Virus record (IMG/VR): IMGVR_UViG_3300045973_000169
Location: 124,001-188,000 of that record
Direction: 5' to 3' (one strand)
DNA length: 64,000 bases
Made by a program: the position numbers and the translations under genes
Notes under the pieces: model-generated
Database searches by the model: none
The model's input: only the letters and a program-made list of their open reading frames with translations
What the model was told of the DNA's origin: nothing
Part shown: positions 16,942 through 28,151 of the stretch, piece by piece
Position numbering within the stretch: the first letter of the stretch is position 1
How the letters are laid out: each line of letters opens with the position of its first letter

Positions 16942-19107
16942 TTAAGTTACTTGTAAAATAAATGGATTTACTATATGAGCATCTACGCCAGGACATCTAT
17001 TAGGCTTTGTAACACCTAAATCATATTCTGGAGTATGAATACATCCAATACTTTCACTATCTAATTTAAAATATTTTCTATATCCAATATTTGGATTAAT
17101 ACATCTTTTATTAATTGCATCTGAATAAATACAGTAGTAAGAACATGAACGTATTCCAAATGGGTTCTTCATATATTCTGTAGCAGTTAGATAACCAAAT
17201 CCTTGTGTCTTTGTATCATACCCATTAAGTGTATATCCAGTTAACATGAAAGGAGTTTCTGACTCTACACTCTTTACTATTATATCTTTTATGTTTGATG
17301 AAAGTTTAATTACTCCATCATCATATTCAGAAACTATTTCTATAATCTTATCTGATACTAACCAAGCTCCAGATAAATCTGGGTTTGATATAGGTAAAGG
17401 ATTTTCATATGTTATCACTGTAACAGAGTTAAACTTATCTTCTTTAACTGTCAATGTATCAAATGGTAAGATCCCATCTTTATATTTCCCAGCTAAGTCA
17501 TACTTATTTATGCTGCTTATGGTTTTTGGGATTGTCATCATTGTTAGTGAAAACTGAGATGATCCATTAATTGTTTTTATAAATAAGTCCCTAAAACTAA
17601 TATTTATATCATTGTCTATTGATATATCAATTGGCTTTATATATGAACTATAGATTTTATTATTAGCACTTGATAATTTTATATAAGCAATCTTTCTGCC
17701 TGTTACAATATAGTCTTTTATATTACCACTTGTATAGTATTCGTCTACTCCATTTTCAGAATAGATAGCATTATATTTCCCAAGGATAGGATCGTCACTT
17801 TGTACTGTATATAAATACATACCATTAAGAATAGTTTGTTTATCTTTAAGGTCTAAGCTTGCTCCTATTGATGGATGAATATAAGGAAGCGTAATTCTTC
17901 CTCTTAATACTCCATCAACTAGAACATTACTCATCCATTCTTTTTGGATATATAATCCTATGTTTGAACTATCAGATACTAGACTAGCTTTTATAGTACC
18001 ATCAATCGTACTCGTCGAAGTATAATTAGGACTATTAGATTCTTGCCATATTGCATTATTAGAAATTATTTTTGTAGTAATCTTCTTATTAGGGATTGGA
18101 AGTCCACTTATATTCGTTATCCTTGTTTCAATTCCAAGTACCTCTGAATAAGATATTATATCTTTATTCTCAACGACAGTTAGTTCTAAGTTAGTTGGGA
18201 TATTATTAGTATCATAACTTTGATAAGCACAGATAATCCCATTCTTAAAGTTGATTGATTTAGAATCTATTGTTTCAACTGAAGGTATGATATCAGGTCT
18301 GTTTAGACTTCTGTTAATTTGAGTAAATGTTATAATAGGCATTACCTCAAAGCTAGCAACAACATTTGTCCCAATAGGGAATGCTGTACTATTTATAATT
18401 ATAGTTCCATTATAGATGGTATAGTCATCTGAAGACATATTTTCTAAATTTAAATTAGAAACAGGAAATTCAGGTAATGCAAATATATTACTTCCATCAA
18501 CTATATTACCTAAAAGACATTTTTCATAATGGATTGTATCTGTACTCAAGTGTACTGTATTGTCAATTATAGTATATTTATATTCTTCTTTGGAAGATTT
18601 AAATGTTGTAAGTAGACCATCAGCATGAAAAGGGATATACTTAAATTGTTTTTGCTTTTTAAAGTATCCAGGGAATTGAAAAGATGTAGTAAATATATCT
18701 ATCGAATTAATATCAAAATCACTGTCAAGAACACATAAATATTTATCTAGACTCTTTTCTGTAGTTTTAAATATTCTATTAACTGACCAACTAGTAATAT
18801 CTTTATGAACTGTTAAATCTCCGCCATTGAATACTGGTATCTTTTTCCCTGATTTATCTAATATAGAATTAAGAGAAAGTTTCCCTGTACTAGTTATCCC
18901 AGATACAATAAAATGATCAGGTACACAATTCATATTATTGAAATTAGATGTATTAATTGATCCTTTATTTTGATTTAATGATACAGCTTTTATATCATAC
19001 TTCATTGGGGTCAAAGATGAGCTATCAGAATAAAGTAAATCTGATAATTTATCTAACCCTTTTTGTCCTAAGAAATTAATTATATTAAACTCTAGATCAA
19101 ATTTCAT
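16942..19107 (-). CDS. Putative baseplate protein with Ig-like segment and Cys-rich C-terminus
   Basis: 721 aa; GLPIPNKKIT...STIDGTIKA resembles a bacterial Ig-like unit; C-terminal CSYYC...C...C...C. Confidence 0.55.
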   Translation of the reverse strand: MKFDLEFNIINFLGQKGLDKLSDLLYSDSSSLTPMKYDIKAVSLNQNKGSINTSNFNNMNCVPDHFIVSGITSTGKLSLNSILDKSGKKIPVFNGGDLTVHKDITSWSVNRIFKTTEKSLDKYLCVLDSDFDINSIDIFTTSFQFPGYFKKQKQFKYIPFHADGLLTTFKSSKEEYKYTIIDNTVHLSTDTIHYEKCLLGNIVDGSNIFALPEFPVSNLNLENMSSDDYTIYNGTIIINSTAFPIGTNVVASFEVMPIITFTQINRSLNRPDIIPSVETIDSKSINFKNGIICAYQSYDTNNIPTNLELTVVENKDIISYSEVLGIETRITNISGLPIPNKKITTKIISNNAIWQESNSPNYTSTSTIDGTIKASLVSDSSNIGLYIQKEWMSNVLVDGVLRGRITLPYIHPSIGASLDLKDKQTILNGMYLYTVQSDDPILGKYNAIYSENGVDEYYTSGNIKDYIVTGRKIAYIKLSSANNKIYSSYIKPIDISIDNDINISFRDLFIKTINGSSQFSLTMMTIPKTISSINKYDLAGKYKDGILPFDTLTVKEDKFNSVTVITYENPLPISNPDLSGAWLVSDKIIEIVSEYDDGVIKLSSNIKDIIVKSVESETPFMLTGYTLNGYDTKTQGFGYLTATEYMKNPFGIRSCSYYCIYSDAINKRCINPNIGYRKYFKLDSESIGCIHTPEYDLGVTKPNRCPGVDAHIVNPFILQVT

Positions 19108-19790
19108 TATTTTATATACCTAAAATATTTATTATTATCTATCTTAAATACCTGAATTATTGGAGCAAGAAGATTTGACTTATTGCATTTTGTATTTTTA
19201 CTAAATTGTATTCCTGAGTATGTTTCTATTTGTGGAGCTGCACCAGATAAAAAACTTGAACTATCTATATTATAATAAAAAGTATATTGTGTAACGCCTA
19301 ATAGAATAACTGATAAGTATGCACTATAAGGTATCATTAAACCAAGAATCCCATATCCAGAATTAACATAACTAAATTGAGATGTATCTTTACTAACAGA
19401 TACTTGCAAGTTTATATCAGGATCTTTTGATTGGACAGTAGCCATTATACTATAGGCTTGTTGTCTTCTAGGATTTGGTGATATGATCACATATTCATCT
19501 TCATAATTCTCTGCAAGGAAATCAACATCAAATGATGTGGTCGCTGTAGACCCATGAGTGTCTGTAAAGGTTACCTCAACTAATGTCTGCCCGTCATAGA
19601 GATCGGAGAAGATTATAAGGACTTCCCATATACCATCTGTTGCGAAATTGTTGAATGTAGAATAACCGCCTACAGAAACAGAAATTGTTCCGCTATCATT
19701 AGAGGTCCCAGATAGGATATAATTATTAGTTGTAATTTGAGAAGGCAATGGATTAACATTGACTACAGCAGGGGGCGCACTATAAGCCAT
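19107..19790 (-). CDS. Ig-like domain structural protein
   Basis: YILSGT...ISVSV...DGIWEV...VEVTFTDTHG resembles an Ig-like beta sandwich. Confidence 0.55.
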   Translation of the reverse strand: MAYSAPPAVVNVNPLPSQITTNNYILSGTSNDSGTISVSVGGYSTFNNFATDGIWEVLIIFSDLYDGQTLVEVTFTDTHGSTATTSFDVDFLAENYEDEYVIISPNPRRQQAYSIMATVQSKDPDINLQVSVSKDTSQFSYVNSGYGILGLMIPYSAYLSVILLGVTQYTFYYNIDSSSFLSGAAPQIETYSGIQFSKNTKCNKSNLLAPIIQVFKIDNNKYFRYIK

Positions 19791-20653
19791 TATATTTCCT
19801 TATCACATTTATCTTTAAATCCACAGTAAGCACATTCAAAATCGCCAAAAGGTTTTGTCTTATATGTTTCGTATCTCTTCTTAGAAACTATTCCTAACTC
19901 TACATATTTCTTTATTTGATCTTCTGGATAGGTCCCCATGAATTCTCTGGGAGGGATCTTACCATCCTTAAGGCAGTTACCAAGAAGTTTGAAACGATCG
20001 AGCATATCATTTATAGTATAACGATAGTCAACAACTCCATTTATTACAGGGTAGATTTTATCTTTGATTGGTTCAATGGAGATATTAAATACTTTTCTCT
20101 GTCCAGTATCTCGTCTCTGATAGTAGATTAAAAATGAATCTATTGTCCCTCTAAATGCATAACAGTAAATAAGTGTTTGGAAAAGATTCTGCCATCTTGG
20201 AGCTGGTTTGTTCCATTGACTTCCCCAAATATCATTTACAGTATATTGGTTATTTCCACCAACAGATTTTATTTCAAGCCCAACAAGCTTCTTATCTTTA
20301 ACAATAATCCCATCTAGCTTGCCATATATGTTATATTTAACTACTTCAAATTTAAGAGCTTTGTCAACTAAGACTTTCTTTTTCTCGAGTATATCAAGAA
20401 TCATCTTCTCTGTATACTCTCCTTCTAGTTGTTGTAAAGATCTATTAAGTTGTTCTTCACTATCTAGATTCGATTCTTCTTTAATCCCATTACATGCATA
20501 GTATGAGGCTCTCATGCATTTACCATGGAGTTTCTTATACTTACCATAATCAATATAGACTGATGCTTGAGTAGGGTATAATCGATCTTTATGTTCGAAT
20601 GGTTCTCTTGTTAACAAACTTTCTTTTAAGACTTCTTCTATGAAATTAAGCAT
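19790..20653 (-). CDS. Cas4-like PD-(D/E)XK exonuclease
   Basis: N-terminal CMR..YY, IYGKLDGI, LEIKS, QTLIY and C-terminal CAYCGFKDKC (1+3 Cys Fe-S arrangement). Confidence 0.8.
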   Translation of the reverse strand: MLNFIEEVLKESLLTREPFEHKDRLYPTQASVYIDYGKYKKLHGKCMRASYYACNGIKEESNLDSEEQLNRSLQQLEGEYTEKMILDILEKKKVLVDKALKFEVVKYNIYGKLDGIIVKDKKLVGLEIKSVGGNNQYTVNDIWGSQWNKPAPRWQNLFQTLIYCYAFRGTIDSFLIYYQRRDTGQRKVFNISIEPIKDKIYPVINGVVDYRYTINDMLDRFKLLGNCLKDGKIPPREFMGTYPEDQIKKYVELGIVSKKRYETYKTKPFGDFECAYCGFKDKCDKEI

Positions 20654-20924
20654 TAATTATATCTTCTATTGTTTTTAGTTCTTTAAGTAGCGATAGTGTA
20701 AATATTTTAAATTCAAATTTATACATTGATATTATATAAGCATCTTCTACTAAGCCTCTTAGTGTTTCTAATGGAGCGTACAGAGGACTATTTTGCGTAA
20801 GTTTAGATTCTGCAATCTTAATCCTATCAATAATAATACTTAGTGTTCTTGTCTTAACGCTATTCTCTGTTAGTTGATCTTCTGAAAGGAATGTTTGATT
20901 TATAAATTTAGCATGCTTAATCAT
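20646..20924 (-). CDS. Small hypothetical protein
   Basis: 92-aa ORF abutting or overlapping both neighbours. Confidence 0.6.
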   Translation of the reverse strand: MIKHAKFINQTFLSEDQLTENSVKTRTLSIIIDRIKIAESKLTQNSPLYAPLETLRGLVEDAYIISMYKFEFKIFTLSLLKELKTIEDIINA

Positions 20925-22976
20925 TTATTTCACCGAAATATAAACACTATTTATCGTTGGAGTTTTATATTTATTATCAGTAGACATTTTTATTTTAACC
21001 GAAGAGAATAAGCTATCTGAATTTAGATTATATAATATCTGAGAGCTATATTGATTCTGGATTTTAGGTAAGATAATATACCTTTTTAGAGAAGGTGAGG
21101 AGTCTGAATTTGCTCCATCAAAACTGAATAAAGTATCATCAGTTTGTAAGCTATTTATATCTGCAAATGTTAATAACCTATTAAACATAATGCCTACAGG
21201 TCTCCTATTTGACTGAGCAGCTATATAAGAAGCAGTGATGTACTTTACAGTTCCAATAGGATTAATCCTTAGTCGTCCAGTGAATGGCTCTATTGTATAC
21301 GTCCCTTGGAGATTTGGAGTTGAACTTAATGTTAAGGAATATTCATTCCCATAGTTATCTAAGATAATCTCTGTTAATGGAATGAATGACTCTCCAAATT
21401 CAATTGTATTAGTTGAGCTTATATCGAATGATTTCGTTTTTCTTTCATCTATAGTCAATTTATTCTGAGCATTATATGCAGGTAACCCAGAAAATAAATA
21501 GGCAAAGTTATATTGGTTCCTTGTAGTATCTCCATCAAATAGATCTATATTAAAATCCATATTCATCTGATGAACTTGTATCACAGAAAAGCCAATTGGG
21601 ATTTTGATATTACCAGTATACTCTTTATTATTAATTAAACATTTTAAACTACCTATATTAACATAAACATTATCATAATAATTTAACAAGAATGTTGTAT
21701 AATAATTTCCAGAAAGAGTCCAGTTATTATATCTACTTCCACTAGCCGAGAAACTTAAATAGTCTTTATTCAATCCATATATAATGGATGACTTCTTATA
21801 ATTCATGTCCCACTTCTGATCTGTTGATCCTATCTCTAACGAATAAAAATCTTTGCCAGAGATTGTCTTAGTTACAAGATCAGTCTCTTTGAATCCAAAT
21901 GCATACTTAAGTCTATAAGATGTTACATCTAAGTCATCATCTTTATAAACATTATTATAACTGGTTACATCTTTATTCGAAGATATAGATAGCATTGAAT
22001 TTATATTATTGAAATTATATCCTAATGCATTATATGAAAGCGATAGGCGAGATATCTCTTTAGTAAGTCCTATCTCTGTATTCTTTGATTCGAATAATCC
22101 AAATCTTGAGAATTGGATATCTTTAAATATATGGATATCTTCAATTTGAATAGATGAAGGTTTATCTGTATTCGTATTCACTGTAGATAGTTCGATTATA
22201 ATAGTATCACAATCTATTTGGTCAAATGTAAATAGTATCTCATTAGAGTCTAGTAACGATGAGTATTGAGTTACTCCTAGTTTACTATAAGTTACTATTA
22301 TCTTATTTATATTAGCAGAAGCCTTAAAATAAATCGCATTAGTCTTAATCGCATTAACTAAAGATAATGTCATTCTATAACTTATAGATGGATTTTTACT
22401 CTTTATTTTTATTGATGGATTAGTTATAAGAGGTAATTTAGTTATAAGTCCAATATTTGAAAACTGGATTTCATCCGATGAATATTCTGTTATTGTTAAA
22501 TTGTCATTATATAAGGAAGCAGAACTAATGAAAAATGGTAGGGTTATATACTTCCCTATCTTACCACAAAAGCTTTCTTTTGTTTGGTTAGAAAATCCAT
22601 TATCAATATTTATACATGTATAGCCTAATAAGTTACTGATAATATCCTTCGCGTATGGAAGCCTAGTCTTGATTCTTTCATATACAATGTTATAAACATC
22701 AACTAAGTTTTTGTTAATTAAGTATGCATTATTCGCAGAATTATATATAGATGATATGCATGAGATTATTCTTGATGCATTCTCTGTAGAGTCAGATGAT
22801 TTTAAATCAGATTTATATGCAGTGGATGGAATATTCTCAGGAGAAAATATCTTGTTAATCCAGATCTCATCAGAAGCATAGATAGATGATAGTGAATTCA
22901 AGACTCTCTTATTTACAATCCCATTAAGTAAATCTGTTTTAACTAATTCATTTAGAATATCATTTTTTAGGCTCAT
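20925..22976 (-). CDS. Putative baseplate protein
   Basis: 683 aa, Ile/Asn/Ser-rich; C-terminal KIKMST...TP.I..V motif resembling the ends of its two upstream neighbours. Confidence 0.55.
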   Translation of the reverse strand: MSLKNDILNELVKTDLLNGIVNKRVLNSLSSIYASDEIWINKIFSPENIPSTAYKSDLKSSDSTENASRIISCISSIYNSANNAYLINKNLVDVYNIVYERIKTRLPYAKDIISNLLGYTCINIDNGFSNQTKESFCGKIGKYITLPFFISSASLYNDNLTITEYSSDEIQFSNIGLITKLPLITNPSIKIKSKNPSISYRMTLSLVNAIKTNAIYFKASANINKIIVTYSKLGVTQYSSLLDSNEILFTFDQIDCDTIIIELSTVNTNTDKPSSIQIEDIHIFKDIQFSRFGLFESKNTEIGLTKEISRLSLSYNALGYNFNNINSMLSISSNKDVTSYNNVYKDDDLDVTSYRLKYAFGFKETDLVTKTISGKDFYSLEIGSTDQKWDMNYKKSSIIYGLNKDYLSFSASGSRYNNWTLSGNYYTTFLLNYYDNVYVNIGSLKCLINNKEYTGNIKIPIGFSVIQVHQMNMDFNIDLFDGDTTRNQYNFAYLFSGLPAYNAQNKLTIDERKTKSFDISSTNTIEFGESFIPLTEIILDNYGNEYSLTLSSTPNLQGTYTIEPFTGRLRINPIGTVKYITASYIAAQSNRRPVGIMFNRLLTFADINSLQTDDTLFSFDGANSDSSPSLKRYIILPKIQNQYSSQILYNLNSDSLFSSVKIKMSTDNKYKTPTINSVYISVK

Positions 22977-24820
22977 TGTAATTTAACCTTATAACTATTA
23001 CAAATTGGAGTATAGTATTTCATTTTTAGTTTATCATTTGTATTTGCATATTTGTATCTAAAACAAATCTGGCTCTCTGGTACGTCTATCAAAGACTGAG
23101 CATTAATTTCTGTAGTCGTAATATTAGGAGGAAGAGCATTGCTTATATCCACTAATGGATAATAAGATATACTATAAACTATATCTGGCGCATATGCTTT
23201 ATTATTAATATGTATCTTAGTCTCTTGCAATGTATCAACTATTTCGAAGTCAGTACTGTTTAATGTAACTGTATTACCATTTTTACTTGCAGTAATTATA
23301 AAGCCATCTTTCGATAAGATAAATGATCTTTGTGGCAACTGGATTTCTTGACTGCCTGAAGCTGATAAAGAATTATATGTTGCAGATAATGTCCCTTGGC
23401 TTGGAGTCAATGCTGTATTTTTAATTGCAAGGATACTATGTTCAGGAGAAGAAGCTGGAAGTATATCATAAGTATCTCTGCTATTTCTAACTTTAGCATT
23501 ATTTAAAGTTAAAGCCAGACTATCTACTAGAGTATCCGAGTAAGGAATATAGAATAATTGAATTGTCCCATAAATCCCGTCTACAGGAGTTTCAAGAATT
23601 GAAGTATCGATGATATCAATATTCTTTGTATTGATTATATAATGGACCATAGGCCCATAGGATATATGTTTTCCGTAATACATTTCAATTGATAATGGTA
23701 CCTGGGATAAATAGTACTTCCCTAGGTTATTTATAGAAGTAAACTCTTCAGTAGGAATAGTCCCTATTGTTAGATTAGTTTTATCAATTGACACAAATAC
23801 TTTTATTGATGTTATATCAGAATCTGCTCTAACCCCCATTTTATCATTATATAATATAAGTGTTTCTGCATCATGGACTCTAACTAACTTAGTCCCATTA
23901 TTAGCAGATATATAATAGTTTACATTCCCAGTATCTTCACTATTGAATGCAACAGATGAAATTGTTTTATTGTTTGTAAATGGGATTGATATATATTGTC
24001 CTGCATTATCATATATTGTTTTCTTGACAGAAATTTGCCTGATACCAATTAAGTATTTATATCTTATCCCAAACCCAGTATTAGTTCCAGTGTAAGTAGA
24101 TTGTGAGAACCTTAATCTAACAAATCTTGTAAACTCTGGACTGAATCTAATATAGTGGTCGGACTTATTAATTTCATATGTGTAATTTACTTTAGTGTAA
24201 GTTTCTCCATCACTTGAAACTTCAACCATCTCTATGTTAGGATATTGTGTATTGTTATCTGTATAGAGTTGTAAATAAAGCCCATTTACTATATCTAAAG
24301 ACTCTGTTTTAAGAGTAACGGTTAAAAATAGATCAGACAGATTTAGCACATTAGATATCTTCTCGTACTGGAACAATGAAGATGAATCTCCAGATAAAAT
24401 CGATGATATATTATTATTCTCTACCGGAGATATACTACCATTAGAATCTGATTCAATTATAATCCCAGTGACTGTAACAGTGGAAGTATTCACTATTGGA
24501 AGAGTCAAATCCCCATTTTGAATATCTATATTAAGATTCTTGTCTAAAGGGAACTTAGAATCAAAGTAATCTTGTGATAAAAATGATTCAATTATTATAT
24601 TACTTTTATTGTTACTAGTTATTGCTTTAGCAGAATTAAATATTGATAAGAAATCATTCAATACCATATCTTCCGATATAGAAGATTCTCCATATAACAT
24701 ATTTATTTTATCAAATATATTAGATACTTGACTATGTACCATTGATATATTAGCACCAATGCTAATCCCTTGAGATGCTAAATCAATAAAGTTTACTAAT
24801 TTATTTTTATAAATATTCAT
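22973..24820 (-). CDS. Putative baseplate protein with discoidin/F5-8-like domain
   Basis: VEVSSDGETYT...FTRFVRLRF...IGIRQI resembles a galactose-binding jelly-roll. Confidence 0.55.
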   Translation of the reverse strand: MNIYKNKLVNFIDLASQGISIGANISMVHSQVSNIFDKINMLYGESSISEDMVLNDFLSIFNSAKAITSNNKSNIIIESFLSQDYFDSKFPLDKNLNIDIQNGDLTLPIVNTSTVTVTGIIIESDSNGSISPVENNNISSILSGDSSSLFQYEKISNVLNLSDLFLTVTLKTESLDIVNGLYLQLYTDNNTQYPNIEMVEVSSDGETYTKVNYTYEINKSDHYIRFSPEFTRFVRLRFSQSTYTGTNTGFGIRYKYLIGIRQISVKKTIYDNAGQYISIPFTNNKTISSVAFNSEDTGNVNYYISANNGTKLVRVHDAETLILYNDKMGVRADSDITSIKVFVSIDKTNLTIGTIPTEEFTSINNLGKYYLSQVPLSIEMYYGKHISYGPMVHYIINTKNIDIIDTSILETPVDGIYGTIQLFYIPYSDTLVDSLALTLNNAKVRNSRDTYDILPASSPEHSILAIKNTALTPSQGTLSATYNSLSASGSQEIQLPQRSFILSKDGFIITASKNGNTVTLNSTDFEIVDTLQETKIHINNKAYAPDIVYSISYYPLVDISNALPPNITTTEINAQSLIDVPESQICFRYKYANTNDKLKMKYYTPICNSYKVKLQ

Positions 24821-24829
24821 TATTTAACC

Positions 24830-26788
24830 TTAATTAAATATAAGTGTATGTTCGTATACCATCGGAGAAATATATGGAAGGTCAACTGATTTCATTGTAA
24901 TAGACAAATAACAATCTCCAGAGAAATGAACAGCTTTACCATTAAGTATATTCCTTAATGCTATACAGTCTTTCCCTTTTATATCTTTATAATAGATATA
25001 GCAAATGTTATTATTTTTATTCCATTTCGTATTTGTTATTAAGTCATTATCAATTATATCAGCGAAAGAATATTCTTTTATTGTATATTCTATTACATAG
25101 TTAATATTGTTTCTGTAATTTTCAAATGAAATATATTCATCACTTGTTCCAGATGCAGAAATACTTGTAATATTAATTATTGTTTTATCATAAAGATTAT
25201 ATATTTTTACTGGTTTAGTTAAGTCGATAGGGAATCTAGTCTTTACTTTAGCAATATTCCCAGTAGAGATTGAGACCGGAGTTATATACTCTAGTGAATT
25301 TCTATTCTGTATACCACTATTTAATATTGGGATTTCCACTCTGTCTGAATTACTTTGGACATAAATGCTATTTTCAATAAACATACTTTGAGTTATGAAA
25401 TCATTATGAGGATATTGCTGTTCGCCTTTTAGTGAATAATTTAACTGAAGACTAACATTATTTATATTGTCTAATTTTATAGTATCGAAAGCTATTGATC
25501 CAGATGATGCATATTCATTTAATACAGAAGTTAAATTATAGATTCTGTAGTCAAAGTTATATGACATTAACCCATTTTGATTAGCGACGTATGGTTCATC
25601 TTGTACTGCTGAGATTTTAAGTGTATCTATTTTAGAATGAATAGGCACAATGAAACTCATATCATCAGTAAACCATTGAGAGCATAAATCGTAGTTATTG
25701 TACTTAATATCCTTGAAGCTAATGTTTTCTATTGCTAATGGAAATTTACTAACATCATCAAACTTAATATAAGAAACTTGTTCTAATAATGAGAAGTCTG
25801 TATTAGAAGTTATTGTTGGGTTATCTATTTGGATTGTTTTTATATTTATCTTCCATGTATCATATTGCTTTAAACCATTATTATCATGAAGAATTATTGA
25901 AAGCCCAGTATTGCTATTATCTTCTATTTTAATTGGAGTTAGTTCAGAAGGAGTTATCTTATAAACATCAGACCATGCCAAACTATCTGTACTACCCTTT
26001 ATATTTATATCTTTAATTGTTCTGTCTGCATTATAATCTATACTATCAATAGAGACATAGATATGCTCTCCTACATAGCCGAAGATAGTTCCTTGTACAT
26101 CTGGCATTAGTGAATAAGAAACACCAGCCTTAGCGGTTAATATGGGACCACAGACACCTATCTTAGAGAATTGAGTACGAGCTATTATATAATCAAGATT
26201 AGACTGAGTGCTATTGTTTAAAGTCAGGTGAATTGATCTGTCATTATCGGATACAATAGATGACCTAGGGTTTATATTCCTAGTCTTAACTATAGGTAAA
26301 GTCAATGCATCTGTTACTCCTAGTATTTCATTCGTGTCTTTGCTATAAACTACTGATTGAGATATAGGAATATTAATATAATTTGGGTTTAAATAATTAG
26401 TATATTGGACTAATATATTTTCTTTTAACCCTGTCTTTTCCTTTATTAATGCGAATGTTGCTCTGTAGAGAGAGAATATGTATAAGTATTTATTTAAAGC
26501 AGATGCTTGTAAGTTATTAAAAATCACATAATTTGATAGTACTATAATATAGAGTGCATAAAAATCAAGATATGAAAGCAAATAGATTGCACTTATTTGC
26601 GATGAAGATATAATATCATATCTAAAAGAATATAAATTCAGTAAAGAATCAAATGTTGTGGTATTCGATTTTAAATCTGAAAGTATGTCATTTTTAATAT
26701 ATGGGAAGTTGATATTGATATTACTTAGAATTGTACTTAGTGCTTGTTTCTTAGATTGACTAAGTAATGATTGTATATTGATTGACAT
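24830..26788 (-). CDS. Putative baseplate protein
   Basis: 652-aa ORF ending ITMKS...SP.V like its neighbours. Confidence 0.55.
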   Translation of the reverse strand: MSINIQSLLSQSKKQALSTILSNININFPYIKNDILSDLKSNTTTFDSLLNLYSFRYDIISSSQISAIYLLSYLDFYALYIIVLSNYVIFNNLQASALNKYLYIFSLYRATFALIKEKTGLKENILVQYTNYLNPNYINIPISQSVVYSKDTNEILGVTDALTLPIVKTRNINPRSSIVSDNDRSIHLTLNNSTQSNLDYIIARTQFSKIGVCGPILTAKAGVSYSLMPDVQGTIFGYVGEHIYVSIDSIDYNADRTIKDINIKGSTDSLAWSDVYKITPSELTPIKIEDNSNTGLSIILHDNNGLKQYDTWKINIKTIQIDNPTITSNTDFSLLEQVSYIKFDDVSKFPLAIENISFKDIKYNNYDLCSQWFTDDMSFIVPIHSKIDTLKISAVQDEPYVANQNGLMSYNFDYRIYNLTSVLNEYASSGSIAFDTIKLDNINNVSLQLNYSLKGEQQYPHNDFITQSMFIENSIYVQSNSDRVEIPILNSGIQNRNSLEYITPVSISTGNIAKVKTRFPIDLTKPVKIYNLYDKTIINITSISASGTSDEYISFENYRNNINYVIEYTIKEYSFADIIDNDLITNTKWNKNNNICYIYYKDIKGKDCIALRNILNGKAVHFSGDCYLSITMKSVDLPYISPMVYEHTLIFN

Positions 26789-26796
26789 TTATTCTC

Positions 26797-27360
26797 CTAG
26801 GTTCCACCATAAGGGCCTGACCCAAAGCCACCAGCTCCGAAACCGAAGGTTGAGTTATTTTCATTTATATCTGTAATAGACATACTACTATTAAAATCAC
26901 TTCTATAGTAAATAGCATTTATAACTAATCTTGTATTATCAAATATATGCTTTAGTAGTGTAGGATCTTCTATATTTGTAAAGTCTAAGTTTAGGTCTAC
27001 ATGATCATCTAATGTTCTTTCATTCAAACCACTAGCCCAAGTATTTCCGAATGGGCTATTATCAGATCCTACTATTAACCCTATAATCTTATCACTTATA
27101 TTATGTATCTTTATTTTAGATCTCGATATTGGTCTCTCAAACTTTATTGGGTTTAAAGATGATTCTCCAAAGTTATCTCTTGATATAATAAATTCTTCAG
27201 TGTCAAGGGTTAGTGTTGGAGTCGAGTCTAATAGTTTATTATATACATCGCTTGATTCACATGATAGATAGACTTCAACCCCTTTTAATGGAGAGGTCGT
27301 AAGATTATAAACTTTAGCAATCACATTTTGGTTTTTAAATTCAGATAGATTAACTAACAT
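26797..27360 (-). CDS. Hypothetical structural protein with Gly/aromatic C-terminal motif
   Basis: 187 aa ending FGFGAGGFGSGPYGGT. Confidence 0.55.
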   Translation of the reverse strand: MLVNLSEFKNQNVIAKVYNLTTSPLKGVEVYLSCESSDVYNKLLDSTPTLTLDTEEFIISRDNFGESSLNPIKFERPISRSKIKIHNISDKIIGLIVGSDNSPFGNTWASGLNERTLDDHVDLNLDFTNIEDPTLLKHIFDNTRLVINAIYYRSDFNSSMSITDINENNSTFGFGAGGFGSGPYGGT

Positions 27361-27361
27361 C

Positions 27362-28141
27362 TTAGCCCCAAACTTTATCGTTTAAAACATATTCTAATTG
27401 CTCTATGAACTCATCTGTGAAACCATATTTACAATAATTATTTAATGGGATTAGGTTAATATCAGTAGACTCTAAACAGAATGAATCATCATAGTATTTA
27501 TAATTAATAAAGCCACCAGTAAAATCATTCTGTAAGAATTCAATATAACCTAACTTATAGTCAACAAAAAAATCTCCAGTGATCTTAAGTCCATCAAGAG
27601 CTTCTTTTTCATTCTTTAAAGTGATAAGCTCTTTAGCTTTTACTGAACCAAATAATAGATTCTTATTATCTAATCTAAATTTATTAGAAGCTATATACTC
27701 ATCTACAGTTTTAATGTTAGTATTTCTTATCAAGAACTTACATGGTAATTCAATGGCTGACTCATCATAAAGTTTATAAGTGAATGTATTTGAATTCTCT
27801 ATTGCTGTTAATATCTTAGATAGTTTGCAGTCTTTAGCCCCAATGAAAACCCTAATAGACTCCTGACTGTTATTAAGAGTAAAATATTCCCAATCAATTT
27901 TACATGTATAGTTTGTATCTCTCCCAAAATTACTTAGTGAAGATATCTTAACTAAATTATTTGTTTCTAATGCAAGTTGCAAAGGGATAGAATGAACCTG
28001 AGTATAATAATCAGTCCTATATTTCCATCTCCCAAACTGTCTTATACGGTTATAGAAAGACTCGTTCGTTTCCGAATCAAGTCTTTCTAATCCCAAGTAT
28101 AAAGCAATCTCATCTAAATTATTCCAGATATTGAATGCCAT
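27362..28141 (-). CDS. Baseplate wedge-type protein
   Basis: LDEIALYLGLERLDSETNESFYNRI matches the LD-x-x-G/A...R...E-x-D/N-x-x-x-R-x-R-I motif of wedge proteins. Confidence 0.65.
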   Translation of the reverse strand: MAFNIWNNLDEIALYLGLERLDSETNESFYNRIRQFGRWKYRTDYYTQVHSIPLQLALETNNLVKISSLSNFGRDTNYTCKIDWEYFTLNNSQESIRVFIGAKDCKLSKILTAIENSNTFTYKLYDESAIELPCKFLIRNTNIKTVDEYIASNKFRLDNKNLLFGSVKAKELITLKNEKEALDGLKITGDFFVDYKLGYIEFLQNDFTGGFINYKYYDDSFCLESTDINLIPLNNYCKYGFTDEFIEQLEYVLNDKVWG

Positions 28142-28151
28142 TTAATATCCC

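Noticed and set aside
19790-20653. CRISPR-Cas locus around the Cas4-like gene
   Set aside because: No repeat-spacer array, no other cas genes and no intergenic space for an array.
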